Source of the DNA: a virus
Taxonomy: Duplodnaviria > Caudoviricetes
IMG/VR virus record: IMGVR_UViG_3300024331_000007
Location: 160,001 to 224,000 of that record
Direction: 5' to 3' (one strand)
Length of the DNA: 64,000 nucleotides
The notes under the pieces are model-generated. The model worked only from the letters and a program-made list of their open reading frames with translations, searched no databases and was not told where the DNA came from. The position numbers and the translations under genes were made by a program. Positions 24,624 through 33,653 of this stretch are shown here, piece after piece; position 1 is the stretch's first letter, and each line of letters starts with the position of its first letter.

Positions 24624-25327
24624 TAGTTCTCCAGCTTGGACACCATTGCATTACTTGTGTACATCTCAATGTTGTACTTGAAACGCCTCTTGGCGTCATA
24701 AATGTCCATTGCAATTTGAACGGCATTCCATGCCGCATCGATTGCATAATTCTCGTGACGATCCTGAGTCCAGCCGATAAACTCCGCAGGAAGGTCCATG
24801 TCGATATAGCGTCGTCTACCTGCCTTGTTCTCGTAAAGCCACTTTCTCAGTTTACGCGCATAAACATATCGCGTCAATCCGTCGCGATTGTACTCAGTCA
24901 ACAGAAAATCCATAATCGCGGTTGGCGAACCATTCATCTCTGGCGTGATTTCTTGCCACCGTCTATCATACTGCTTTGTTCTGACGGACGACACGCGGCT
25001 AAACTCACGCGAAAAATATGCCTTCTTTTTTCCTGCCTTGTATACAACTTTGGAAGCAAACTCAAGCATCGTATCTTCAGGTTCATGCGGCAACTTGTAT
25101 TTCAAGCAATCAATTAATTCGTCATTGCCCATCATTTCCTTTGCGAGAGAAACTAGATATTCTCCCACAAGATGCGTCGGCAAAGGTTGAGGATAAACCC
25201 ACGATCCATCAAGCCGCGCCGTCTGATAGAGGAAAAACGGAGCAATAGGACCGTTGTCATATTTCGTGCTGTCAAAAATGAATGTGTATTTCTCAGGATT
25301 GATCGTGGAACGAAAATTGTGAACCAT
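24623..25327 (-). CDS. hypothetical protein with C-terminal LEN tag
   Basis: ...NAMVSKLEN. Confidence 0.65.
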   Translation of the reverse strand: MVHNFRSTINPEKYTFIFDSTKYDNGPIAPFFLYQTARLDGSWVYPQPLPTHLVGEYLVSLAKEMMGNDELIDCLKYKLPHEPEDTMLEFASKVVYKAGKKKAYFSREFSRVSSVRTKQYDRRWQEITPEMNGSPTAIMDFLLTEYNRDGLTRYVYARKLRKWLYENKAGRRRYIDMDLPAEFIGWTQDRHENYAIDAAWNAVQIAMDIYDAKRRFKYNIEMYTSNAMVSKLEN

Positions 25328-25400
25328 TTTATCCCTTCTTTGGTCATTTCTGTTTATCTGTGCTAAATACCAATAAGCAATTTACTTCGGAGATAACGAA

Positions 25401-26150
25401 ATGATTACTGCATATGTTTATCAGCATACCAACAAAATCACTGGAGAATTTTACATCGGCTATCGTTGCGCAAATGTTTTCAAAAACATACCACCTGAAA
25501 TTGATCTTCCAAAATACATTTGTTCCTCGCCCTCCATAAAATCATCAATTAAAAAGAATCCCGAAAATTGGATGAGGCAAATTCTTTCTTGCTGGTTTGA
25601 TTCCAACGATGCCTATGAATCGGAACAAAAATTGATCCATAATAACTGGCATAATCCTCTTTTGCTAAATCAACAATATCAACTCAATGGAACAAAACAT
25701 TTCAAAGCGCCTAAAGTATTCAGTCAAAAACATCGTGAAAAAATCAGTAAAGGACTGACTGGCCGAGTTCGTTCTAAAGAACATTGTTCTGCGATTAGCA
25801 ATTCCTTGATGGGCAGAACATTATCTTTACAAAGCATTCAAAAACGCAGCGCAAAAATCACCGGGCAAAAACGAACACCTGAACAATGTTCAAATATTTC
25901 TCAATCCCTTATCGGTCATCTTACTTCTGAATCAACACGAGAAAAAATATCTATTGCAAATTCTGGAAAACAGCATCCAAAAGGATTTGATAGTCCGTGC
26001 TCAAAACCATTTCGTTGCATTGAAACCAATCAACTTTTTGGCTCACAGCCACAGGCAGCAGAACTTCTCAATCTAAAACAATCGGACATAAACAATGTTC
26101 TGAAAGGTCGCCAAAAATCTACTAAAGGATTTCATTTTGAGTTTGTGTGA
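25401..26150 (+). CDS. GIY-YIG-like homing endonuclease with NUMOD3 repeats/NUMOD1
   Basis: YVYQHTNKITGEFYIGYR; tail highly similar to 21693 gene; TAAATA at 25364. Confidence 0.85.
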   Translation: MITAYVYQHTNKITGEFYIGYRCANVFKNIPPEIDLPKYICSSPSIKSSIKKNPENWMRQILSCWFDSNDAYESEQKLIHNNWHNPLLLNQQYQLNGTKHFKAPKVFSQKHREKISKGLTGRVRSKEHCSAISNSLMGRTLSLQSIQKRSAKITGQKRTPEQCSNISQSLIGHLTSESTREKISIANSGKQHPKGFDSPCSKPFRCIETNQLFGSQPQAAELLNLKQSDINNVLKGRQKSTKGFHFEFV

Positions 26151-26346
26151 GTTCATCCACTCCACACCAATCTTCCAAAGCACTTTTCCAAGCAAGTTTG
26201 GGTGTGGAAAGAATTTTAGAAATACCTATTGAACATCCATCGCCAGTTGGCAGCGCGATTTGATACGCTTTCTTTTCACACAGAGAAAAACAATATGCTT
26301 TTGGAAATATGCCTAAAACTTGCTGTCTGAAAGTTTGTTTAGTCAT
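26122..26346 (-). CDS. hypothetical; V-x-x-x-[YF]P-x-A family
   Basis: QQVLGIFPKAYC...KLAWKSA. Confidence 0.55.
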   Translation of the reverse strand: MTKQTFRQQVLGIFPKAYCFSLCEKKAYQIALPTGDGCSIGISKILSTPKLAWKSALEDWCGVDELTQTQNEIL

Positions 26347-26370
26347 TCGTTTCCTCTCACCAACAAATAT

Positions 26371-26399
26371 AGTATACCAAACATTGGGATTAAAGTCAA
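26371..26399 (-). promoter_or_regulatory. sigma70 early promoter
   Basis: TTGACT-17(..GTTTGG)-TATACT. Confidence 0.85.
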
Positions 26400-26449
26400 G
26401 AACTTTAACCCCTTTGTTTAGTTATGGTTGAGAGCCGATTTCCACAGGA

Positions 26450-27055
26450 TTAGCCAATCATTGCCCTAATCAATTCGATTTGAGTCTCCAAAACGTGCCT
26501 AACGTTCTGATACGCGGCCTCTTGCTGAGGGAACAACTTACGAGCAGCCTTGAGCAATGGCAGGATAAACTCTTCAGTTTCAGCAATATATGACAACTGC
26601 TTTTCCTTGCCGAAAACGCCATGCATAGATTGGTGATTGTGCATTCTATCGATGCCCTTTGCCAAACTCGCAACGGGATCATTAACCATAGCAGCGTAAT
26701 ACTTGTCAAGCGGCTTTTTGACGCCAGAGACTTGATTGGTCATGAGTTCAACATGATTCGCATTGCGATCTCCAAACATTTCATTGATGACCGACATGCC
26801 AACATTACAATCTTCAACAACGTCATGGAGCCAAATGGTTATCATTGTTTCCTCGGGAAACATTGTTTGGTCCAAAATGGTACGCGCAAAATTTGCCTGA
26901 GAGACTTGATGCTGAAATTCTGGCGTGACCTTATCCTTGCGTAAACCAACATGCTTACTCTGAGCAAAATTCATTGCTCTGAGAGCAGTGTGATATCCAC
27001 GGCCAACTTGCCAATATCGAATAGCAATTCTCATCTTTTCAAAGTCTTGCTTCAT
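26450..27055 (-). CDS. HD-domain RelA/SpoT-hydrolase-like (small alarmone hydrolase-like) protein
   Basis: KHVGLRKD..TPEFQH, WLHDVVED, AKGIDRMHN. Confidence 0.85.
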   Translation of the reverse strand: MKQDFEKMRIAIRYWQVGRGYHTALRAMNFAQSKHVGLRKDKVTPEFQHQVSQANFARTILDQTMFPEETMITIWLHDVVEDCNVGMSVINEMFGDRNANHVELMTNQVSGVKKPLDKYYAAMVNDPVASLAKGIDRMHNHQSMHGVFGKEKQLSYIAETEEFILPLLKAARKLFPQQEAAYQNVRHVLETQIELIRAMIG

Positions 27056-27077
27056 CGTAGTCTCCTAACCACATTAT

Positions 27078-27106
27078 AGTGTACCAAACTTTATCGATAA
27101 AGTCAA
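27078..27106 (-). promoter_or_regulatory. sigma70 early promoter
   Basis: TTGACT-17(..GTTTGG)-TACACT. Confidence 0.8.
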
Positions 27107-27111
27107 GTATA

Positions 27112-27393
27112 TTATCTTTCAAGCATATGCAGCATAACGTAGTTTTTGTCAACCCACGTAACTTGTGATGGCATCTTGTAAACTGTTTTTACCTGTGTTT
27201 CTGCGCGTGTATAACCGTCTTTCCAAGCACGACACAATCCAATTTCATCATGCCGTTGGCGCAGTCGTCCATGACGCCTTACAGTTCCAGCATTGCGAAA
27301 CTCTACAACTTCAAATAGTTGAACATCGCCGCTCGCCCATACAGCAGTAACGTAATCACCAATTTCAATCGAGTGTCCAATTGCATCAATCAT
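27112..27393 (-). CDS. SH3/KOW-like small protein with C-terminal LER tag
   Basis: DAIGHSIEIGDYV...YVMLHMLER. Confidence 0.65.
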   Translation of the reverse strand: MIDAIGHSIEIGDYVTAVWASGDVQLFEVVEFRNAGTVRRHGRLRQRHDEIGLCRAWKDGYTRAETQVKTVYKMPSQVTWVDKNYVMLHMLER

Positions 27394-27644
27394 ATGTCCA
27401 CCTTCATCGGATACGCAAGAACATGCTTGTTTGGTTTACAATATGTTTTCTTATTTTTATGAACCCAAACATTATATCCGTCTTCCTCATCAAGATTTCC
27501 GCTGGAATAATTTTCTGCGTCTTCCAAATGTATCTCTTCGTGACAATACTTGCAAATAACAATGATTCCCAATTTAGCGGCAACTATCCGTGATTCTTCC
27601 TGTTTACGAAAAATATTAGTGAAGAAATTCATTTCGGCTCCCAT
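27390..27644 (-). CDS. CxxC-WxH-C zinc-finger paralog 1 of 7
   Basis: IVAAKLGIIVICKYC...WVH...YC. Confidence 0.65.
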   Translation of the reverse strand: MGAEMNFFTNIFRKQEESRIVAAKLGIIVICKYCHEEIHLEDAENYSSGNLDEEDGYNVWVHKNKKTYCKPNKHVLAYPMKVDI

Positions 27645-27850
27645 TCATAAGTATTTGCCAGCGGTCCCGGTCTAGCTAATGCCTTGGACCAGCCCGTTTC
27701 GTCACACCAAAAAGTATCAGTGTCTTCGTGATCCCAATACCCAATTCTCGCTACATATTTTCGTTTCAGCCTCTTCCCGCAATTCTCACAAAGAACAATC
27801 ATTCCTAACTTTTCAGCCATTAGTTCAGATTCTGGAATGCGTATGCTCAT
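27629..27850 (-). CDS. zinc-finger paralog 2 of 7
   Basis: ELMAEKLGMIVLCENC...WDH...WC. Confidence 0.7.
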   Translation of the reverse strand: MSIRIPESELMAEKLGMIVLCENCGKRLKRKYVARIGYWDHEDTDTFWCDETGWSKALARPGPLANTYEWEPK

Positions 27851-28062
27851 GGCAGTTTCCTTGGTTTCGCATATGAAGACGATGGATTGGCTTTCGATAC
27901 GCGGTCAGAACAATACCCCAATTTTGAATCTTCGTGCTTCCAAGTTCCAAGTCTTCCAACTTGCTCTAATCGCCTTCCGCAATTTGCACACAGAACAACC
28001 ATTCCTAACTTCTCTGCCATCAATTCGCTATCTGGAATATCAAGTTTCACTATGCGCTCCAA
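27847..28062 (-). CDS. zinc-finger paralog 3 of 7
   Basis: ELMAEKLGMVVLCANC...WKH...YC. Confidence 0.7.
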   Translation of the reverse strand: MERIVKLDIPDSELMAEKLGMVVLCANCGRRLEQVGRLGTWKHEDSKLGYCSDRVSKANPSSSYAKPRKLP

Positions 28063-28331
28063 TCAACTTTGCGGGGTGTGGCAATGAAGTTTGGATTATT
28101 TTGTTTGCAACGCATTCTGTATTCACCAGTCTTCTCGTTAAGATGTGCATATATTTCTTCATGAAACAGGTGCCGCCAAGGATGCATTTGCATCGATCTA
28201 ACTATAGAAGCCAAGTCTTCACTGATCAAATAAATTCGCTTATGACAATGGATACAAATATGAACAATACCCAATTGTTCTCCCATCAAGTCGCCTTCGG
28301 ATATTTCGGCTTTCTTAATTTTCGATGCCAT
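28050..28331 (-). CDS. zinc-finger paralog 4 of 7
   Basis: DLMGEQLGIVHICIHC...WRH...RC. Confidence 0.7.
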   Translation of the reverse strand: MASKIKKAEISEGDLMGEQLGIVHICIHCHKRIYLISEDLASIVRSMQMHPWRHLFHEEIYAHLNEKTGEYRMRCKQNNPNFIATPRKVDWSA

Positions 28332-28566
28332 CTTGTTTACTTCCTATTCTTGGAAAAGCATACAACAATTTGCCAGCGTAACACGCTCGCAATTTTGTTT
28401 CGTCATGAATCCACAAATTTTTATCTGGCGTATTGAACATCTTAAAATCTGCTTCATCATTCGTGATGGAGATTATCTTATTACAATTTATACAAAATCG
28501 CAGGATTCCAAATTTTTCCGCCACCAATTCATTTTTGGATATTCTAGTTTTCATCTTCATCCTCAA
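28315..28566 (-). CDS. zinc-finger paralog 5 of 7
   Basis: ELVAEKFGILRFCINC...WIH...AC. Confidence 0.7.
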   Translation of the reverse strand: MRMKMKTRISKNELVAEKFGILRFCINCNKIISITNDEADFKMFNTPDKNLWIHDETKLRACYAGKLLYAFPRIGSKQDGIEN

Positions 28567-28831
28567 ACTTCATAATGTCTTCGTGCCAGTCACGATAATC
28601 AGCTTCATCCATAGGAACAGCAATTCCATCCAAAGGATCGTTCCAACATGCTTTACGTCCATCGCTCTGATCACCTGCGTTGTGAACCCACATATGATAA
28701 TCTTCACAAATTGGCCTGCGACAGTTCCAACAAATTTTCGTCAATCCCATAACCGCAGCAAGATACCATTCCTTTTCTTTCTGCTGATTAACTTTGAATT
28801 GTTCTTCTGGCGTCATTCGTTGTAATCCCAT
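28544..28831 (-). CDS. zinc-finger paralog 6 of 7
   Basis: EKEWYLAAVMGLTKICWNC...WVH...AC. Confidence 0.7.
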   Translation of the reverse strand: MGLQRMTPEEQFKVNQQKEKEWYLAAVMGLTKICWNCRRPICEDYHMWVHNAGDQSDGRKACWNDPLDGIAVPMDEADYRDWHEDIMKFEDEDEN

Positions 28832-29178
28832 TTATCGTAGATGTGTTTGAATATGCGATAATCATCACTGATCTTGTCAAACCAACTAGACAAATCATCG
28901 GCTTCCAAATCAATGTTGTAAGTTTTATCCTTCACAACAACTGTGATCTTTTTTGGTCCTGCTGGAGGATTGAACATTTCTTCCAAGGTTTTAAGACTCG
29001 CGGGTGATGCGTGTGTTGAAGATTTATCGCATACGACACCCTCAGATGCCGTATGAATCCAGCCAATGACATTTCCAACTTTGTCCGAAACAGAATGCAC
29101 ACGGTTGCGGCAATTTTCGCAAAGGAAAATTATACCCATCTTCGCTGCGACGTAATCGTTCTGTTCCTGTTCTGTCAT
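28813..29178 (-). CDS. zinc-finger paralog 7 of 7 (C-terminal extension)
   Basis: DYVAAKMGIIFLCENC...WIH...VC. Confidence 0.7.
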   Translation of the reverse strand: MTEQEQNDYVAAKMGIIFLCENCRNRVHSVSDKVGNVIGWIHTASEGVVCDKSSTHASPASLKTLEEMFNPPAGPKKITVVVKDKTYNIDLEADDLSSWFDKISDDYRIFKHIYDKWDYNE

Positions 29179-29342
29179 GGTGCTCCTACCATTTTTTGTC
29201 CCAAATGAAAATCAGCCAATAGATGACATAGAACCAACTACAGATAAAGTGGATAATAAGCCATCCAATTGAATGCCATGAGTGCCACGACAAAAATGCC
29301 GCCAAAATACCACCGAGCAATCCACCACCACTAGCTTCATTA

Positions 29343-29570
29343 TTATTTTCCATTTAATTCCTCCATGATTCGATCTGTTTCCGCACTCAGTTCTTCGTAT
29401 GTTACACCAAACTTTTTCAGAATTACTGTTCTGGCTGCAACGTACTCTCGTTCCAATTTTGCTTTCTCTTCTGCATTGCTTGCAACTTTTGTCATGTCCA
29501 TGTGTTCGAACATGAGAAATTCTATTGATGACCACGCATCATTGTACGTCTTAGCTTTCATGCTTTGCAC
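29343..29570 (-). CDS. hypothetical protein
   Basis: ORF track. Confidence 0.55.
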   Translation of the reverse strand: MQSMKAKTYNDAWSSIEFLMFEHMDMTKVASNAEEKAKLEREYVAARTVILKKFGVTYEELSAETDRIMEELNGK

Positions 29571-29880
29571 TCAAAGAAAATTTATACAACATCACAACGT
29601 TTTCGTCAACCTTCACTGTATTGTCGGGTCGAATTGTTGGCTTGTATCCACTTTTTGGCGCTCCCTTTAAAATATCAACAATCTCACAAACCACATATGG
29701 ATCACCCATGACATAACAGCCAGCGGGAATATTATAATTCTTGCTCTTTTTCAAACGGATGCGCGTGATTTGACTTAACAGCATTTCACCGTTGATCGTT
29801 CGTGCCAGAAAATCTCCCACCTTCATAGTTGTGCCCATGAAATCTTGGCAGGATTCGAGGTTTGGGTTTACAGTTCCCAT
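29551..29880 (-). CDS. SH3/KOW-like protein with C-terminal tag; leaderless start
   Basis: MKVGDFLA...VVMLYKF; ATG 7 nt after -10. Confidence 0.6.
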   Translation of the reverse strand: MGTVNPNLESCQDFMGTTMKVGDFLARTINGEMLLSQITRIRLKKSKNYNIPAGCYVMGDPYVVCEIVDILKGAPKSGYKPTIRPDNTVKVDENVVMLYKFSLSAKHES

Positions 29881-29886
29881 GTAACC

Positions 29887-29915
29887 ATTATACCAAACTT
29901 ACAATCTGTTGTCAA
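29887..29915 (-). promoter_or_regulatory. sigma70 early promoter
   Basis: TTGACA-17(..GTTTGG)-TATAAT. Confidence 0.9.
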
Positions 29916-29937
29916 ATGTATTGAAAATAAAGGACTT

Positions 29938-29967
29938 AAACACAAAGGCCGCTTTCGCGGCCTTTGT
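29938..29967 (-). terminator. intrinsic terminator after nrdJ
   Basis: ACAAAGGCCGC-GAAA-GCGGCCTTTGT. Confidence 0.85.
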
Positions 29968-32556
29968 TTAGGAACATTTCGATCCACCACATTGCAAACA
30001 TTTAGAACATCCACTTTCATAAACCATCTGTGAACTTCCGCAGTTTGAACATGTGGCTCCTGCAATCTTCTCTCCGTCTTTAATGTATCCACCCAACAAC
30101 TTTTTCAAATGGAATAGAAAGCTGGCAAATGTCACACCTTCGATCTTGTCAATTTCTGCAACGATGTTCTTGATTCTAACTCCATGTCGAAGCAGCAATC
30201 CGATTGTTCGCGCAATCTTCGTGCTGTTGCTATCGTGTTGAAATTTCTCCTCAACTCCAGCCACATACTTTTCAGGTATTCCCTTTGTACGCGCCATCGC
30301 CAACAGACGTTCCAACGCATCATTTGTGGTGACTGTCTTTTCCATTGCGTTTGTCTGAACGAATAACGCAATCGGTGCTTTATTCTCATTCAGCGTAACT
30401 GTGACGTACCATTTGCGACTGCTTCCTCCCTCGTGATCACGCAAAACCTTTACCTCAGCACTGCTTGTATCAGGCATCTTAATGTCACTAATGATTACTT
30501 CTTCATCCATATCATTTTTCTGATCGGCTGCGGACAATACAGCAGTCATTGAACCAGATCGATATGTTGTGAGTCCCTTGATGTATCCAGTCTTATAAGC
30601 ATCCAAATAAATGTTTTGAAAGTCTTCAAAACTGTAATCATTTGGGAGGTTGACTGTCTTTGAACATGCACTATCGACGGCCTTTGCAAATCCTTTTAGA
30701 TCACTGACATGTTCATTAACTGAAAGATTGTCAGTAGTGACGGCCCAATCAGCTTTTTCATCCCACAATCCATGAGCCTTCAGGAAACGAACACCATAAT
30801 CCTCGCAAAGAACTTCCTTTGTCAATCCACGATTTTTGTCAATTTTATAGACACCGCCGTGTTTATCTGTTCCTCGAAGAATCTGTTCATCTCCTTCCTG
30901 AGCAAACTTAAACATTTCTGTCTCAAACCACTCGCCCTGATACCAACGAGGTGTATCAGAAGCAATGTGCTCTGGCATATCAGCAACGATTACAGTACGG
31001 ATGTAGCCATGCAAGAAGATAGGCTCAATTCCACCGCTTACAATGTTTGCAAAAATACTGGAATTTCCATTTGGTTGCATTGAGAACAATGAACTGTTGC
31101 GAATACCATACTTACGCATTCTTTCACGCAACGATTTTGGCAGATCAATGTTGTCCCAATATGGACTGAGAACATGCTTCTCAGGATCACAGAACTCAAA
31201 CATTCCTTTTTCCTCGGCAATTTCAATAGATGCTTCAACACCAGCATGCATGAAAGCCTTCAACAACTCTGAACGGACTTCATCGGCCTTTGCTGAACCA
31301 AAACGCACTCGCATCATATACAATGCACTCCCCCAGCCCATAAGACCGCATCCAATACGACGCTTTTTTCGCATGGATTCAACATATTCTGGTAATGGAG
31401 CGTCACTGTATTGATTCACATTGTCAAGGAAACGAACTAGATACTTCACATACTTCTTTACCTTATTCAAATCAAAACTAGTATGTGTTCTGTTCACAAA
31501 CTGTGTAAGATTGAGAGTTCCAAGGCAGCAAATACCACCGGGAGATAGCATCTGTTCGCCACAAGGATTTGTGCTGGCGATCTTTTCAAGATAATTAAGC
31601 TGATTGAACTTATTGGATCGGTCCAGAAATAAGATTCCGGGTTCATTGCGGTTATAGGTGCTTTGAGTAATGAGATTCCACAGCCATTCAACCTTGACCG
31701 TCTTGTAAACGACGACTGGATAGCCTTTTTCCTGCCAATCAACAATGTCGCCTTTCCATTCTTCCTTGTATTGCGCATGGGTTGTTTCTGGAAAAATTAA
31801 GTCCCACGTAACATGATCCAGTTCCAATTGATCAGCACCCATCTTTTTCAGTTCATAAATTGCCAGAACTTTTTCCATGAATGCATCAACACAATTCACG
31901 CTTACATTGAACTTCTGTAATCGGTTACTGGTTTGCTTGGCTGTAATGAACTCAACGATATCTGGATGCCAAACATCCAACACTCCCATCATTGCGCCTT
32001 TTCGAATCTTTCCTTTTGCTTTTTTGTTTACGCTTTTCAGACCCGAGCCAGATGTAATAATCTCACTGCTCTTGTCAAAAAGCTCCATGAACTTGACTGC
32101 ACCGGGAGTTTCGACTCCAATTCCGTTGATGAATGATCCTCTGGGCCTAAGAACGGAGAAATTGTTACCCCATCCCCCTTCACTCTTCAATGTCAATGTC
32201 TGGGCCTTAAGAATATCAAGGATTCCAACCATACTATCTGCATCAAATGTTGGGGATGGACTCACAAAACAATTAATTAGGCTTGTTCCTTTAAATTCTG
32301 TTCCTGCATTTGCAAGGATTCTCCCACCGGGAACCACCTTGAAGTCGGTCATCATATCATAAAAGTTTTCCGCCCATTGCTGCCTGAGAGAAGGAATTTC
32401 AACGCTTGCCATAGCGCATGCTACGCGCCAAAATGATTCATTAATGTCTGTGTCTTTGTGATCTTTGTAGGTTGTTCCCCAAACTTCCTCGCTGAACGAG
32501 TCTTGAAAAAGGGTAGAAAATTCTGGACGGGTATTATATGATACTAATGCGCTCAA
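29968..32556 (-). CDS. nrdJ: class II (B12-dependent) ribonucleotide reductase with C-terminal TSCPD/zinc ribbon
   Basis: PGGRILANAG, NCFV, RKGAMM, TNPCGEQ, CCLG, QPNG, KGLTTYR, terminal CxxC...CxxC. Confidence 0.93.
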   Translation of the reverse strand: MSALVSYNTRPEFSTLFQDSFSEEVWGTTYKDHKDTDINESFWRVACAMASVEIPSLRQQWAENFYDMMTDFKVVPGGRILANAGTEFKGTSLINCFVSPSPTFDADSMVGILDILKAQTLTLKSEGGWGNNFSVLRPRGSFINGIGVETPGAVKFMELFDKSSEIITSGSGLKSVNKKAKGKIRKGAMMGVLDVWHPDIVEFITAKQTSNRLQKFNVSVNCVDAFMEKVLAIYELKKMGADQLELDHVTWDLIFPETTHAQYKEEWKGDIVDWQEKGYPVVVYKTVKVEWLWNLITQSTYNRNEPGILFLDRSNKFNQLNYLEKIASTNPCGEQMLSPGGICCLGTLNLTQFVNRTHTSFDLNKVKKYVKYLVRFLDNVNQYSDAPLPEYVESMRKKRRIGCGLMGWGSALYMMRVRFGSAKADEVRSELLKAFMHAGVEASIEIAEEKGMFEFCDPEKHVLSPYWDNIDLPKSLRERMRKYGIRNSSLFSMQPNGNSSIFANIVSGGIEPIFLHGYIRTVIVADMPEHIASDTPRWYQGEWFETEMFKFAQEGDEQILRGTDKHGGVYKIDKNRGLTKEVLCEDYGVRFLKAHGLWDEKADWAVTTDNLSVNEHVSDLKGFAKAVDSACSKTVNLPNDYSFEDFQNIYLDAYKTGYIKGLTTYRSGSMTAVLSAADQKNDMDEEVIISDIKMPDTSSAEVKVLRDHEGGSSRKWYVTVTLNENKAPIALFVQTNAMEKTVTTNDALERLLAMARTKGIPEKYVAGVEEKFQHDSNSTKIARTIGLLLRHGVRIKNIVAEIDKIEGVTFASFLFHLKKLLGGYIKDGEKIAGATCSNCGSSQMVYESGCSKCLQCGGSKCS

Positions 32557-32665
32557 GTTGTTATACCTCTAATATAGTGTAAGTCCCAAACGAATGTTCA
32601 GGTTAGGTGTTTGTATTTAGGTTTTTGCCTTCGTTTTTGCTCTGTAAGTCTCAATTTCAAATGCA

Positions 32666-32695
32666 GAAAAAGCCCAATAAAATTGGGCTTTTTTC
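32666..32695. terminator. bidirectional terminator-like hairpin
   Basis: AAAAAGCCCAAT/ATTGGGCTTTTT. Confidence 0.75.
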
Positions 32696-32735
32696 ATAGA
32701 TTCTCTATACGATTTCTGCCTAATCTTTACACTGA

Positions 32736-33041
32736 TTATAGCACGGAATCTCGCTTTAGCTTGAATAAAAAATGTTCTCCTGTGGTGGCTTCTTCTACTT
32801 CATCATCTCTACGAATTGTTGTGTTTTGTCCGAGTCCTATATCAATAAACAATCTTCTCCAAGTACATCCCTTAGAATACGACGCATCTATGTCCGTTAT
32901 TTCTCCGATTACATAATCATCTACAATGGTCAATCTACATTCCAAATCTGGACAATTTTTGAACACTGTAATATCAGGAATGTCAGTTCGTGGATTATCC
33001 CTAACCCGCACAGCATCCCCCTTTTGTAAAATTTTTGCCAT
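32736..33041 (-). CDS. SH3/KOW-like protein with C-terminal tag
   Basis: LQKGDAVRV...EHFLFKLK. Confidence 0.6.
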   Translation of the reverse strand: MAKILQKGDAVRVRDNPRTDIPDITVFKNCPDLECRLTIVDDYVIGEITDIDASYSKGCTWRRLFIDIGLGQNTTIRRDDEVEEATTGEHFLFKLKRDSVL

Positions 33042-33074
33042 AACTTACTCCAAATTCTCACATCATGTATAAAT

Positions 33075-33653
33075 ATGATGGGAGAACTTATGAAAAACAA
33101 AAAGTATGCCGAATACAAACTTTCTGGTTTGTGTGTTCGATGTGGGGCCATTCCTGAGAACGGGAAAACAAGATGCGAAACGTGCAATGCTGAACATCTA
33201 AACTATACTAAACGATCACGAGCGAAAGCCGCCAAAAATGGAAAATGTTTGTATTGTTTGGTTGCCTCCCGACACCAAAATTTTACTATGTGTAAAGACT
33301 GCCTACTCAAGCATAACACAAAAGGAAAGGAAAACTATCAAAAAATGCGGTCGGCTTGCATAGAAGCATATGGAAAACATTGTGTTTGTTGTGGTCTAAA
33401 CAATCCGAAATATCTTCAACTCGATCATATCAATAACGATGGCGAAGCCCATCGTAAAGAAGTATTTCGAGGTAACAGAAAAGGATCAATGTATGCGTGG
33501 GCATACCACAATAATTTTCCTGACATACTACAATTGTTGTGCGGAAATTGTCATCAAGCTAAAACATCTTGTGGAGGTTGTTCAGCATCAGATCATCCAA
33601 AATGGGACGGTCACACAACTTTATTGTATGCCAGTTTTGTTCTCATCCAATGA
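33075..33653 (+). CDS. Cys-rich HNH-like endonuclease
   Basis: CxxC repeats; LQLDHINNDG...LQLLCGNCH; TATAAATA at 33068. Confidence 0.8.
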   Translation: MMGELMKNKKYAEYKLSGLCVRCGAIPENGKTRCETCNAEHLNYTKRSRAKAAKNGKCLYCLVASRHQNFTMCKDCLLKHNTKGKENYQKMRSACIEAYGKHCVCCGLNNPKYLQLDHINNDGEAHRKEVFRGNRKGSMYAWAYHNNFPDILQLLCGNCHQAKTSCGGCSASDHPKWDGHTTLLYASFVLIQ

